DNA of 64,000 nucleotides from positions 18,602,001 through 18,666,000 of the forward strand of contig NC_086118.1 in NCBI RefSeq assembly GCF_963921235.1, read 5' to 3'. Positions 10,630 to 21,496 of this stretch are shown here, one piece after another. A model generated the notes under the pieces. That model had not been told where the DNA came from and ran no database searches. It was given only the letters and a program-made list of their open reading frames with translations. Within the stretch, counting starts at the first letter, position 1, and each line of letters opens with the position of its first letter. The stretch comes from Mobula hypostoma (lineage: Eukaryota). The position numbers and the translations under genes are program-made.

Positions 10630-13600
10630 AACCGGCACACCAATTGTGAGTTGGAGAGCTACAAGAAATGAGGCGGCACACAGGTCCCGGAGTGAAGTTT
10701 AGAAGGGGAAAGCTTCACGGGAAGTCGGCTGCAACCGGCGCACCAATTGTGTATTGGAGAACAGGAAAGGTTCAAGTATAAAAGGAAGACACTGCCATCA
10801 AAGGAGCAGTCATCGATGGAGTGGTCTGAGTCAGAGTCAGAGGCTTTGGCTCTTTCGGGCTTCAGCGAGGTAAGTGGACTTCTTCTTTTCCTTGCATTTT
10901 TTAAGGGATAGAGAGCATGCCTGTCGGGTTAGTGTTTTGCTCTGGGTGTCAGATATGGGAATCCTGGGAATCTTCCAGTCTCCCAGATGGCCACATCTGC
11001 AACAGGTACACCGAGATGCAGCTCCTGACAGACTGCGTTAGGGATCTGGATCTGTGGCTTGATGACCTACAGTTTATTAGGGAAAGTGAGCAGGGGATAG
11101 ATAGGAGCTACAGGGAGGTAGTCACCCCGAGGCTGCAGGAGTTAGGTAAGTAGGTGACTGTCAGGGAAGGGGGTGAAGAGCTCAGATAGTAGGGAGCACC
11201 CCTGTGGCCATCCCTCTCAGTAATTGTTATCTTGTTTTGGATGCTGTTGAGGGGGCTGACCTAACAGAGGATGACCACAGCAATTGGGTCTCTGGCATGG
11301 AGCCTGGCTCCATGGTGCAGAAGGGAGAGAAGAAGATGCGGAATGTGGGAGTTGTAGGGGATTCCATAGTGAGGGGAACAGACAGGAGGTTCCCAGATAG
11401 AGATTCCCGCATGGTGTGTTGCCTCCCAGGTGCCAGGGTACGGGATGTCTCAGATCGGGTGCAGGGTATTCCAAAGGTGAACAGCCAGAAATCTTGGTAC
11501 ACGTTGGTACCGATGACATAGGTAGAAAAAGGGAGGAGATCCTGAAGAGGAGTTCAGGGAGTTGGGTAGGAAGCTGAAAAGCGGGACCTCCAGGGTGGTA
11601 ATCTCAGGATTGCTGCCTGTGCCACATGCTAATAAGTGCAAAAATAGCATGATCAGGCGTATTAATATGTGGCTGAGAGACTGGTGCAGGGGGAGGGCTT
11701 CGGGTTCCTGGATCACTGGGGCCTCTTCTGGGAGAGGTACAGCCTGTACAAAAAGGACGGGTTACACCTGAACCCACAGGGGTCTCCAATATCCCAGCAG
11801 GTAGGTTTAATAGAGCTACTAGGGAGGGTTTAAACTAATTTGGCAGGGGAATGGGAACCACAGAGATAGGTCTCAGGAAGGGGGAAACAGAAATAAATCA
11901 AAGATAACGCGCAACAGAGATGATAGGAAGGACAGGCAGGAGATAAGGCATAATCACAGCCAGTGGGATGATAGAGGCATGGTGCAGTTAAAACAGAAAG
12001 AAACAAATACTGGACTGAAAATGTTATATTTAAATGCACACAGCCTAAGAAATGAAATGGACAATCTCAAAATTCAGCTACAGATTGGCAAGTATGACAT
12101 TGCGGCCATCTCTGAAACTTGGCTCAAGGATGGCTGCCATTGGGAGATGAACATCCAAGGGTTTACGGTGTATCGGAAAGATAGGTTAGTAGGCAGAGAG
12201 GGTGGTGTGGCCCTGTGTGTAAGAAATAATATTAAATCATTAGAACGGGATGACATAGGATCAGAAGGTGTGGAGTCTCTATGGGTTAAGTTAAGAAATG
12301 GCAAAGGTAAAACGACCCTAATGGCAGTTGCATACAGGCCTCCAAACAGCAGCTGGGATGTTGATTACAAATTACAGCGGGAGATAAAAAAGTGTGTCAG
12401 AAGGGCAATGACATGATAATCGTTGGGGATTTTAACATGAAAGTGGATTGGGAAAACTAGGCCAGTACTGGACCTCAAGAGAAAGAATTTGTAGAAAGTC
12501 TAAGAAATGGCTTTTTAGAACAGCTTGTTGCTTGGGTGTTGTGCAATAATTCGGAGGTGATAAGAGAGCTTAAGGTTAAGGAACCCTTAGGGAACAGCGC
12601 TCACAATATGATCAAGTTCACTTTGAAATCTGAGAAGGAGAAACTAAATTCCAATGTGTCGGTATTTCAGTGGAATAAAGGAAATTACAATGGCATGAGA
12701 GGGGAACTGGTCAAAGTTGACTGGAAAGAGACACTAGTAGGATGGGCAGCAGAGCAGCAATGGCTGGAGTTTCTCTGAAAAATGAGGGAAGTGCAAGACA
12801 GATATATTCCAAATAAGAAGAAATTTTCGAATGAAAGAAGGACACTACCGTGGCTGACAAGTAAAGTCAGAGCCAAAGTAAAAGCAAAAGAGAGGGCATA
12901 CAGGGAAGCCAAAGCTAGTGGGAAGATAGAGGATTGGGAAGCTTTTAAAAACTTGCAGAAGGAAACTAAGAAGGTCATTAGGAAGGACAAGATGAATTAT
13001 GAAAGGAAGCTGGCGACTAATATCAAAGAAGATACTAAAAGCTTGCTTAAGTATATAAAGGGTAAAAGAGAGTTGAGGGTAGATATAGGATCAATAGAAA
13101 ATAATGCTGAAGATATTATAATGAGAGACGCAGAGATGGCAGAGGAACTGAATGCATATTTTGCATCAGTCTTCACAGCGGAAGACATCTGCAGTATACC
13201 GGACATTTAAAAGTGTCAAGGAAGTGAAGTATGTGCAGTGAAAATTACAAATGAGAAGGTGCTCAGGAAGCTGAATGGTCTGAGGATGGATAAATCCCTT
13301 GGACCTGATGGAATGCACCCTTGGGTTCTGAAGGAGGTAGCTGGAGAGATTGTGGGGGCATTAACAATGATCTTTCAAGAATCGATAGATTCTAGCATTG
13401 TACCGGATGACTGGAAAATTACAAATGTTACTCCACTCTTTAAGAAGGGTGGGAGGCAGCAGAAAGGAAACTGTAGACCTGTTAGCCTGACATCAGTAGT
13501 TGGAATCGATTGTTAGGGATGAGATTATGGAGTACCTGGAGGCACATGACAAGATAGGCCAAAGCCAGCATGGTTTCCTGAAGGGAAAATCCTGCCTGAC

Positions 13601-14851
13601 TAACCTACAGCATTTTTTGAGGAAATTACAAGCAGGGTAGACAAAGGAGATGCAGTAGATGTGGTGTACTTGGATTTTCAGAAGGCCTTTGTAAAGGTGC
13701 CACACATGAGGCTGCTTAGCAAGATAAGAGCCCATGGAATTACAAGGAAGTTACTAGCATGGCTGGAGCATTGGCTGATCAGCAGAAGACAGAGAGTGGG
13801 AATAAAGGGATCCTATTCTGACAGGCTGCCGGTTACCAGTGGAGTTCCACAGGGGTCAGTGTTAGGACCGCTGCTTTTTATGATGTATGTCAATGATGTG
13901 GACTATGGGATTAATGGATTTGTGGTTAAATTTGCCAATGATACAAAGATAGGTGGAGGAGCGGATAGTGTTGAGGAAACAGAGAGTCTGCAGAGAGACT
14001 TCGATAGTTTAGGAGAATGGGCAAAGAAGTGGCAAATGAAATACAATGTTGGAAAGTGTATGGTCATGCACTTTGGTGGAAGAAATAATCGGGCAGACTA
14101 TTATTTAGATGGGGATAGAATTCAAAATGCAGAGATGCAAAGGGACTTGGGAGTGCAGGATACCTTAAAGGTTAACCTCCAGGCTGAGTCGGTGATGCAG
14201 AGGGCGAATGCAATGTTGGCATATATTTCTAGAGGTATAGAATATAAGAGCAGTGATGTGATGTTGAGGCTCTATAAGACACTCGTGAGATCACACTTGG
14301 AGTATTGTGTGCAGTTTTGGGCTCCTTATTTTAGAAAGAATATTCTGACATTGGAGAGGGTTCAGAGAAGATTCACGAAAATGATTCGAGGAATGAGAGA
14401 GTTACCGTATGAGGAACATTTGGCTGTATTCCCTGGAGTTCAGGAGAATGAAGTGGTAGCTCACTGAAACATTCCGCATGTTAAAAGTCATGAACAGATA
14501 AGATATGGCAAAGTTATTTCCCATGGTAGGGGAGTCTAGGACAAGAAGGCATGACTTCAGGATTGAAGGACGTCTATTTAGAACAGAGATGCGGATAAAT
14601 TACTTTAGTCAGAGGGTGGTAAATTTATGGAATTTGTTGCTACGAGCGGCTGTGGAGGCAAAGTCATTGGGTGTATTTAAGGGAAAAATAGATAGGTTCT
14701 TGATTAGCCAGGGCATCAAAGGGTATGGGGTGAAAGTAAGGGAATGGGGATGACTGGAAGAATTGGATCAGCCCATGACTGAATAGCGGAGCAAACTCAA
14801 TGGGCTGAATGGCCTACTTCTGCTCCTATAACTTATGGTCTTATGATCTTG
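10630..14851 (+). mobile_element. CR1 LINE, apparently full length, multiple stops and frameshifts
   Basis: ORF1 Cys motif FCSGC..W..HIC and SGNH-esterase VVGDSIVRG..CLPGARV; ORF2 APE YLNAHSLRN..ISETWL; RT GPDGMHP, YLDFQKAF, GVPQGSVLGPLLF, KFANDTK; 3' GGCCTACTTCTGCTCCTAT with (CTTATG)n-like tail; possible TSD TATTGCAT / TATTGAAT. Confidence 0.95.
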
Positions 14852-15349
14852 TATTGAATTAAAGTCAGTTTCATAACAAAGTTCTTACCATGAAAATTGT
14901 TAAACCCCCAAAGCTAGTAGCGCAGCCTGCATTTGCTTTCTTTCAACCTTATATGCTTCACATTGTAAAAGATAATGTTCAGCTGTTTAATAATGATGAC
15001 AAATCCTACACACCCCACAGTAATGTTTTCCAACAAGATACAAAGAATGATTAAGCATAATGGGCCCAATTCTAAGTCAAGTTAATGTAAGTTCTTCCCT
15101 TCTTGTCTTACCTCCTTCTCCCATAAATCCAGCAGTTTTGTGTATTTTGTAAAGATGTCTCCCCTTAAGAACATTATCCCACTGGTCTTCCCATAATCCC
15201 CTATTTCTTAGCCCCCACTAACCCCTTACCTTCCGATTTGCTAAAATGAAAGGTCTATATCCACAGATTAACTTTTTACAGCTTCTTTGGACAAACAATC
15301 AACCCGCTCATTCCCCTCAACACCTCTATGTGCAGGGATCAATATGATG

Positions 15350-16118
15350 GGGGAGATAGCTTCCTTAACTCATATGTTTTGGTCCTGTCCTACTTTGGAA
15401 ACTTTTTGGAAAGACATTTTTAATATTATCTCAAAGGTATTGAATACAGATATTTCTCCCCATCCTATTACTGCTATCTTTGGATTACCTAAAATTTCCA
15501 GTAATCTTTCCCCTTCAGCCCGTAGAATGATTGCATTTCTTACTTTAATGGCGAAAAGATGTATTCTACAACATTGGAAGGAGATTAATGCCCCAACTAC
15601 GTTCTTTTGGTTTTCTCAGACGATACTATGTTTAAATTTGGAGAAAATCAGAGGTAATCTTTATGATACTTCAGTTAAATTTGAACAGACCTGGAGATCT
15701 TTTATTCAACATTTTCATTTAATGTAATTTTTTTTCTCTCTTTGCCCATATTTACATTCCCTTCTTGCTTTTTTTTAACTGTTTTTAATGGAGGTCGGGT
15801 TTGAGGATGTGATTGTTTTAAGTTGTTTAAGTCTACTTGATACCTAGTTAACCCATTGCTTTGCTTTGCTTTTTAGATTAGTTGCATGGTGGGGTTTTTT
15901 TGGATTTTTTTGGGTTTTTTTTCTTCTCTTTATTGATACGTATGGAAAATTAGTATAATTTTATATTACCTTGTTATTTTATATCTAAATTGCACTGTTT
16001 GTACTAATTTTTTTGGGTATTAATATCTCTTGTAAATTTATATTGCAACAGTGTATTAGTTTCTACATGGTTTACCTTTTGTGTACTAATTCAATAAAAA
16101 GATTTAAAAAGAAAGAAA
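15350..16118 (+). mobile_element. L1/Tx1-type LINE, 5'-truncated 3' end
   Basis: ORF2 C-terminus ASLTHMFWSCP..FW..LNLEKIR..TW..F; T-rich 3' UTR; AATAAA 16093 and A-rich tail; TSD GGATCAATATGATG (15336-49) / GGATCAATAAGATG (16119-32). Confidence 0.9.
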
Positions 16119-17125
16119 GGATCAATAAGATGACATGTAGACGAATATTTTGAATGGGAAATAAAGTTTGAAGAGCCTCCAGCAGTAGATCTGACCTACT
16201 GCTAGAATGATCTGTTTTAACACTAGTCACAACCGAAAAAGAATCTGAACAAATTATAAGTTTGCAAGGACAGATTTCCTCCGCCCACTGTAAGCCCAAA
16301 ATGATTGCAACCAGTTCTGCAGGATACACTAATAAATAGTTAGTAAGACATCTCTTTACTGTTACCTGTAATTCTGGCACAAAAAGAACAGCCACACTGA
16401 CATTCCCTGTTAAATTATCTTTTGATTCATCAGTAAAATGGTTAACATATCACAATAATTCTCCTTAACATACTGATGAACCAACAGACTCTCAGGCATA
16501 TCAGGATCCTTGGATTTCATAAAATCATGCAATCTAAAATCAACTAAGGTCATTGGAAAAGACCATGGTGGGGTTATTGATAAAGCTACAGTGGGACAAA
16601 TTGCATAATCCAACAAACACATATTCCTAGCATTCCCAAAATTAAAAACACTCTTCTTGTGATATTCCCAACAGTCTTCCAACACACTTAACAGGGTGAT
16701 CATTCCTCTGCCCCCTCAAGTTAACCCAGTATGTAACAACAACTTCACCCTCCAAAGCTGTAAGGGTAATTGCCCCATTTCAACCAGTACAGCTGAAACA
16801 GGAAACGACCTTACTGGACAACAACAGTCTCAAAGCCTGTGCTTGGATCAATCATATCGAAACATCTTAAATTTGAAGGTAACGCTGATCCATAAGCCAC
16901 ACAGCCAAAAATCAAGGACCATTCTAATTAAACAAATATATATGGTCATATTTTCATATTGCACCCAAGAATACCCACATAGACACCCAAGGATATTTAA
17001 CGTCCCTTTACATTTGTCAGTTATGTTACTGATGTGGTGCTTCCATGGCAGCTTATTATCCAACCATATGCCAAGACCAAACATTTCGAGTTTGATTATA
17101 TAATTTCAAATTACGTGCATGTCTA

Positions 17126-17228
17126 GCAACACACATCAAAGTTGCTGGTGAACGCAGCAGGCCAGGCAGCATCTATAGGAAGAGGCGCAGTCGACGTTTC
17201 AGGCCGAGACCCTTCGTCAGGACTAACT
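17126..17228 (-). mobile_element. Short Penelope pseudo-LTR insertion
   Basis: GCAACACACATCAAAGTTGCTGGTGAACGCAGCAGGCCAGGCAGCATC body; flanks GTGCATGTCTA / GCGCATGCCTA (TSD, 2 mismatches); interrupts the Nimb ORF2. Confidence 0.85.
17188..17225 (-). ncRNA. Minimal type I hammerhead ribozyme (Penelope type)
   Basis: UAGUC-CUGACGA-A-GGGUCUCGGCCU-GAAA-C-GUC/GACUG: stem I, core, stem II and GUC triplet all present; stem III reduced to the palindrome ACGU. Confidence 0.75.
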
Positions 17229-17979
17229 GCGCATGCCTACTTGTGTTTTAGCTACTGAGAGTTTAAAACCCCATCTATTTGCCCATTGTTTAACCTTATT
17301 AATTGCTAATTCCATCCTAGATACAGTTAAATTGAATCCTTTTCCTCTGATCCATAAAGCTCCATCATCTGCAAAAGTGATTTCCACCCCAGTACTTATC
17401 TCAGAGAAAGTATCATTAATCATAAAATCATTAAACAACAAAGGGCTACAAATACTGCCTTGTGGAGTCCCATCCTCTATCACATGGAAGCCCGAAAAAC
17501 TAAAAAAAAAATTATATAGCCTTCCTCTCACTCCCAATTTCCATAATTTAATCAAAAGACTGTCCCTCCATAGCGTATCATATGCTTTTTCTATATTAAA
17601 GAACACTGCTATTACAACTACTTTATTTACCTGTGCTTTCGTAATATCATCTTCCAAACATAAAACTGAATCCAATGTCATTCTACGCTTTTGAAATCTT
17701 CTCTGATAAGATGCTACATCACCTATTTATTTTCCAAAATACAATTCAACTGTTCTATTACCATACACTCCACAGGTTTGCATAGATGGGACATTAATGA
17801 TATTGGTTTACAACTAGGAGGATTCGACAGGAGTTTTCCAGGTTTTAAAACAGGCACTACTACTGCCATTTTCCATGAGAATGGGAGAAGATGGCTTAAA
17901 TTCCAAACACGATTCAAAAATTTTAATATTATCTTAAGAGTTGTCAGCCATATGTTTAAACATACAACAACATATATCA

Positions 17980-18210
17980 AAGTTGCTGGTGAACGCAGCA
18001 GGCCAGGCAGCATCTCTAGGAAGGGGTACAGTCAGCGTTTCAGGCTGAAACCCTTCCTCAGGACGAAGACCCTTCTGTCCTGACGAAGGGTCTCGGCCTG
18101 AAACGTTGACTGTACCTCTTCCTAGAGATGCTGCCTGGCCTGCTGCATTCACCAGCAACTTTGATGTGTGTTGCTTGAACTTCCAGCATCTGCAGAATTC
18201 CAGTTGTTTG
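17980..18210. mobile_element. Penelope-derived palindromic insertion (inverted plus direct pseudo-LTR)
   Basis: 17975-18064 is the inverted copy of ~18077-18166; TSD CAACAACATATATCA (17965-79) / CAACAATATATATCA (18211-25). Confidence 0.85.
18075..18112 (+). ncRNA. Minimal type I hammerhead ribozyme (Penelope type)
   Basis: CUGUC-CUGACGA-A-GGGUCUCGGCCU-GAAA-C-GUU/GACUG; core intact with NUH = GUU. Confidence 0.65.
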
Positions 18211-20858
18211 CAACAATATATATCATTCTTTCCTGGAGCGGTTTGACCTGTACTAGTAATAGCTTCCTTAAATTCACACAAAGAAAACTCTACATCACTA
18301 ATACTATCATTGCTATAGCTAGCTCCCAACACATCGGGGTCTTCAGTTAGAACCTTATTCCTTATCCCTCTTCACTTAAATTATCTTGATTATGAATTAC
18401 AGCAAATGACCAAGCCAGTAACTCAACCTTCTACATTTCAGTAACAATCAAATTATCTTCTTTAATCAATACTGGAATGTTTTAGCCCTATGATTTTCCC
18501 CCACCCTTTTTCTTTAATTATTCCCCAAACATCTCCAAGTTTAATACGCCTATCACAATATGACCTCCAGTAAACCCTTTTCACAATCTTTAATTTCCTC
18601 ATCCCAGCCTGTGCCCTTTTATACTTAATAAGGTCACTTAGAGGGTAATACTTCTTAACTTTCCTAAATGCCTTATTTCTCTCCCTAATTGCCTCTACAC
18701 ATTCCTCAGTCCGTCATGTTACAGCCTTTCTCCTATTAATACACTTTTTAATAGGAATCACTTCCAGGAGTTTGATGAACAATGTGACATAACCTTTCAT
18801 TGCAGAAATCCACATTATCCTTAACATTCAGCCCTGACTGACGTTCATCACACAAAACCTTAAACCTCTCCCAATTTGTTCTACCAAATTCCACCTCCTA
18901 AAACTGGCCTTCTGTCCCCTATACAAATCCACACCCAAGTTTATAAATACAGGAAAATGATCTCTTCCCAATGTTTCATCTCCCATGACATCCCACTCAC
19001 TCCAGCCAGAACATTCGAAACTGAAGTTAAATCTATAGCAGTTTCAGAACTATTATGAACATTAAACCTCATGCCCGTCCCATTATTAAGACACGCAACA
19101 TGTGAAATATCAAGAAATTCTTCTACAATCAAACCATTACCATCATTCTTCAAATAACTCCAGTAAACTATGTGAGTTAAAATCTGCACACCATACGACC
19201 CTTAGTGAGCTAGAGCTACATACGCTTTCCAACAAATCAGTTGAGAGCTTTCCAGAAGGGTTATAAAAATTTACCACTTTAATGCTCCTTCCTGTTGAAT
19301 CAAATACTTCTACTACAAGTGCCTCATATGCTTTGTACTTCATTTACATCCACGACTGTATGTCCTAACCCTTTCCTTATAAAACTTGCAACGCCACCCC
19401 CTCTACCAACTAACCTATCACACCTAATTACAATATAACCCTGCAAGGATAAACTTAAATGTGGTAACAACCAGGTTTTCTGAATACATATAATATCATT
19501 TGCTAAATCAGAAATAAATTGATTAAACTCTTGACCATTAGAAATCAGGCTTCTCACATTCCACTGCACTGTTCTTATGCCCATTATGTACCTTCACAAG
19601 GAGACTGAAATACAGATAACCCACCCATTAAAGCTTCATTTACAACTTCCCACATAACATCTGCTATACCCAGAAGCCTTTCAACAGCTTTCACAATAAT
19701 TTTAATTTTCTCAGTACAACTAGATGTTTGAGCAGTACAATTCAATACATCTGTTATGCACATCACAAACTTCATTTTATCAACTAGTAAATGATCTTTA
19801 ATAAGTGAAGTATGATGCCAACATATAGCCTCTGACTTCACACTCTGTTCTGACTGGTAATACTTTACCAACATTTGGTTTAACCTTTTGCACAGCCTCT
19901 GCATAAGACACACCTAACTGTACTTTAGCCTGTTGAACTTCCGCTGCCTTCTTAAGCACTTCACATCCTCTAGAAGCTGTCCTATGTTCTCCTCTGCAAT
20001 TAGAACAATTAAACTTTACACTTTCACATTTGTAACATCTAAGCAGGGGATGGAATACAAGTTGGTACATTGTAACTGACATACCCCAAACTAACTTTAT
20101 CAGGGAGCTTCACTTCATCAAAACATATCAATATAGATAAACTATTCATCCTTTCCCCTTTTCTGACTACTTGCAATTTCTTTACCTCCTTAACCTAGTC
20201 TCCAAATAAGATTTAACCTCCTCTATGGAAATCTCCACCAGAACACCCGTTATAACACCCTTAACACCTCTATTTTCATTAGGCAACATAGATACTATCT
20301 TTTTGCCAAATAAAGTCTTCAATCATAATGCCTCCTCACACTGCTTTTTATCCTTACAAATGACTAACACCTTCCCTCCCCTTAAAGTACGAGCACATCT
20401 ATATTCCCTAATTACTCTGTAGTAAATACAAATGTTCGTATAATGGGCTTGATAGAGGGTGGCTATTCCAGGTCAAATTTAAACAATACCTTAAAGTCTT
20501 CTTTCACTTTTTCTTCCCCAAAATATTCTGCCCTGCCTTGCCATCACTTGAAATCATTCCAACCTTATTTCTGATTTTCCATTTTCCAGATTCAGAGTCA
20601 ATTTCACTCCAACCTGCTCCTGCCAAACCTGCCCTCACCCCAACCCTCCATTTGTGGTTCCTTTTCCAGATTCGGCCCCCTACCTAAATCTACACTGTTT
20701 CCCAACATCTCGACACCATTCACAGCCAGCGCCACCAACCGCCACTCCCCGAGCCGAACGTAGACTTGTCTTCCCTAATTGGAGCAGCTAAACCCTGGAG
20801 GCTGGCACAGTCGGGTATGTACATTTCTTTCAATAAGACCACTCATATTATATGTTTA

Positions 20859-21263
20859 TGTAACACTCCAGTGAGGATTTTTACTGCTATGCTCGAATTG
20901 GAAGTTGAGCTGAGGGCGGAGATTTTAAAGACAAGTGCCTCTTATTTCTGCAGGGTGAGGAGGAATTGTCTGATGTGAAAGGTCTACTGAGTCCTTCAGC
21001 AATTGATTTAAGTTCTGACCTCGTTTGGGCTATCACATCACTGATTGAGAAATGCAGAAGTATATCTGTGGACAGCCAAAGTTATTGTAGCTGGGACTGT
21101 CCTGAGATCTTTAGCATTTAAAATGTTGTGCAGTGTTGGATCAAGCAGGCCTCTTTCTCCAAAAGGGTCTCACGGTGATACCTGCTGTGTCTCATATTGT
21201 CGAATAAGGAGACGACTTAATACCTACCAGGTGAGTCTCTCTGGAGACTTTGTTCACGTGACA
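20859..21263 (+). mobile_element. 5' LTR of an endogenous retrovirus-like element
   Basis: TGTAAC...GTGACA termini, followed after 5 nt by a PBS. Confidence 0.7.
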
Positions 21264-21268
21264 ATATT

Positions 21269-21287
21269 TGGGGTCTCATCCGGGGAT
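21269..21287 (+). promoter_or_regulatory. Primer-binding site, tRNA-Pro type
   Basis: TGGGGTCTCATCCGGGGAT versus canonical PBS-Pro TGGGGGCTCGTCCGGGAT. Confidence 0.75.
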
Positions 21288-21451
21288 ACCTTCTTGCAAC
21301 CCAGAGTGTGGCCAACAATCTCAGCAGTCCAAGTGGATGAGTCTTTTTAAAGTTAACACTCGCACTTGGACCTATTTGGGTCAGTAGCTACCCGGGATCG
21401 TGAGGTATCACAAAATCAGCGGAGAGCTGAACTGGTAGATAAAAGTAGTGC

Positions 21452-21452
<1 letters not shown>

Positions 21453-21488
<36 letters not shown>
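21453..21488. repeat. (GT)n microsatellite in the ERV leader
   Basis: Direct reading. Confidence 0.95.

Positions 21489-21496
<8 letters not shown>

Larger units (their letters stand above)
10445..20770 (-). mobile_element. I/Nimb-clade LINE, near full length, decayed, with four nested insertions
   Basis: ORF1 LRCYKC..CSNCRGEH..SRGC..SYAEAV; APE TVQWNVRSL..ICIQKTWL..RGGGVA; RT PVLKPGK, FFNIEKAYD, GTPQGSICSPLLF, FADD; RNase H IICSDS..IPAHRGVEGNERVD (split by an L1); C-terminal C..C..EHYLLQC (~14950-15020); 3' UTR CCAGTTGGTGGTGGTAATGCACC and GAA-like tail at 10445-10520. Confidence 0.85.

Noticed and set aside
10870..10905. GTAAGT...pyrimidine tract...AG mini-intron before the CR1 ORF1
   Set aside because: Only 36 nt, shorter than normal vertebrate spliceosomal introns; cannot be supported here
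15287..15727. 146-aa ORF as a host gene
   Set aside because: Chimera of antisense Nimb sequence and an L1-type ORF2 C-terminus across an insertion junction
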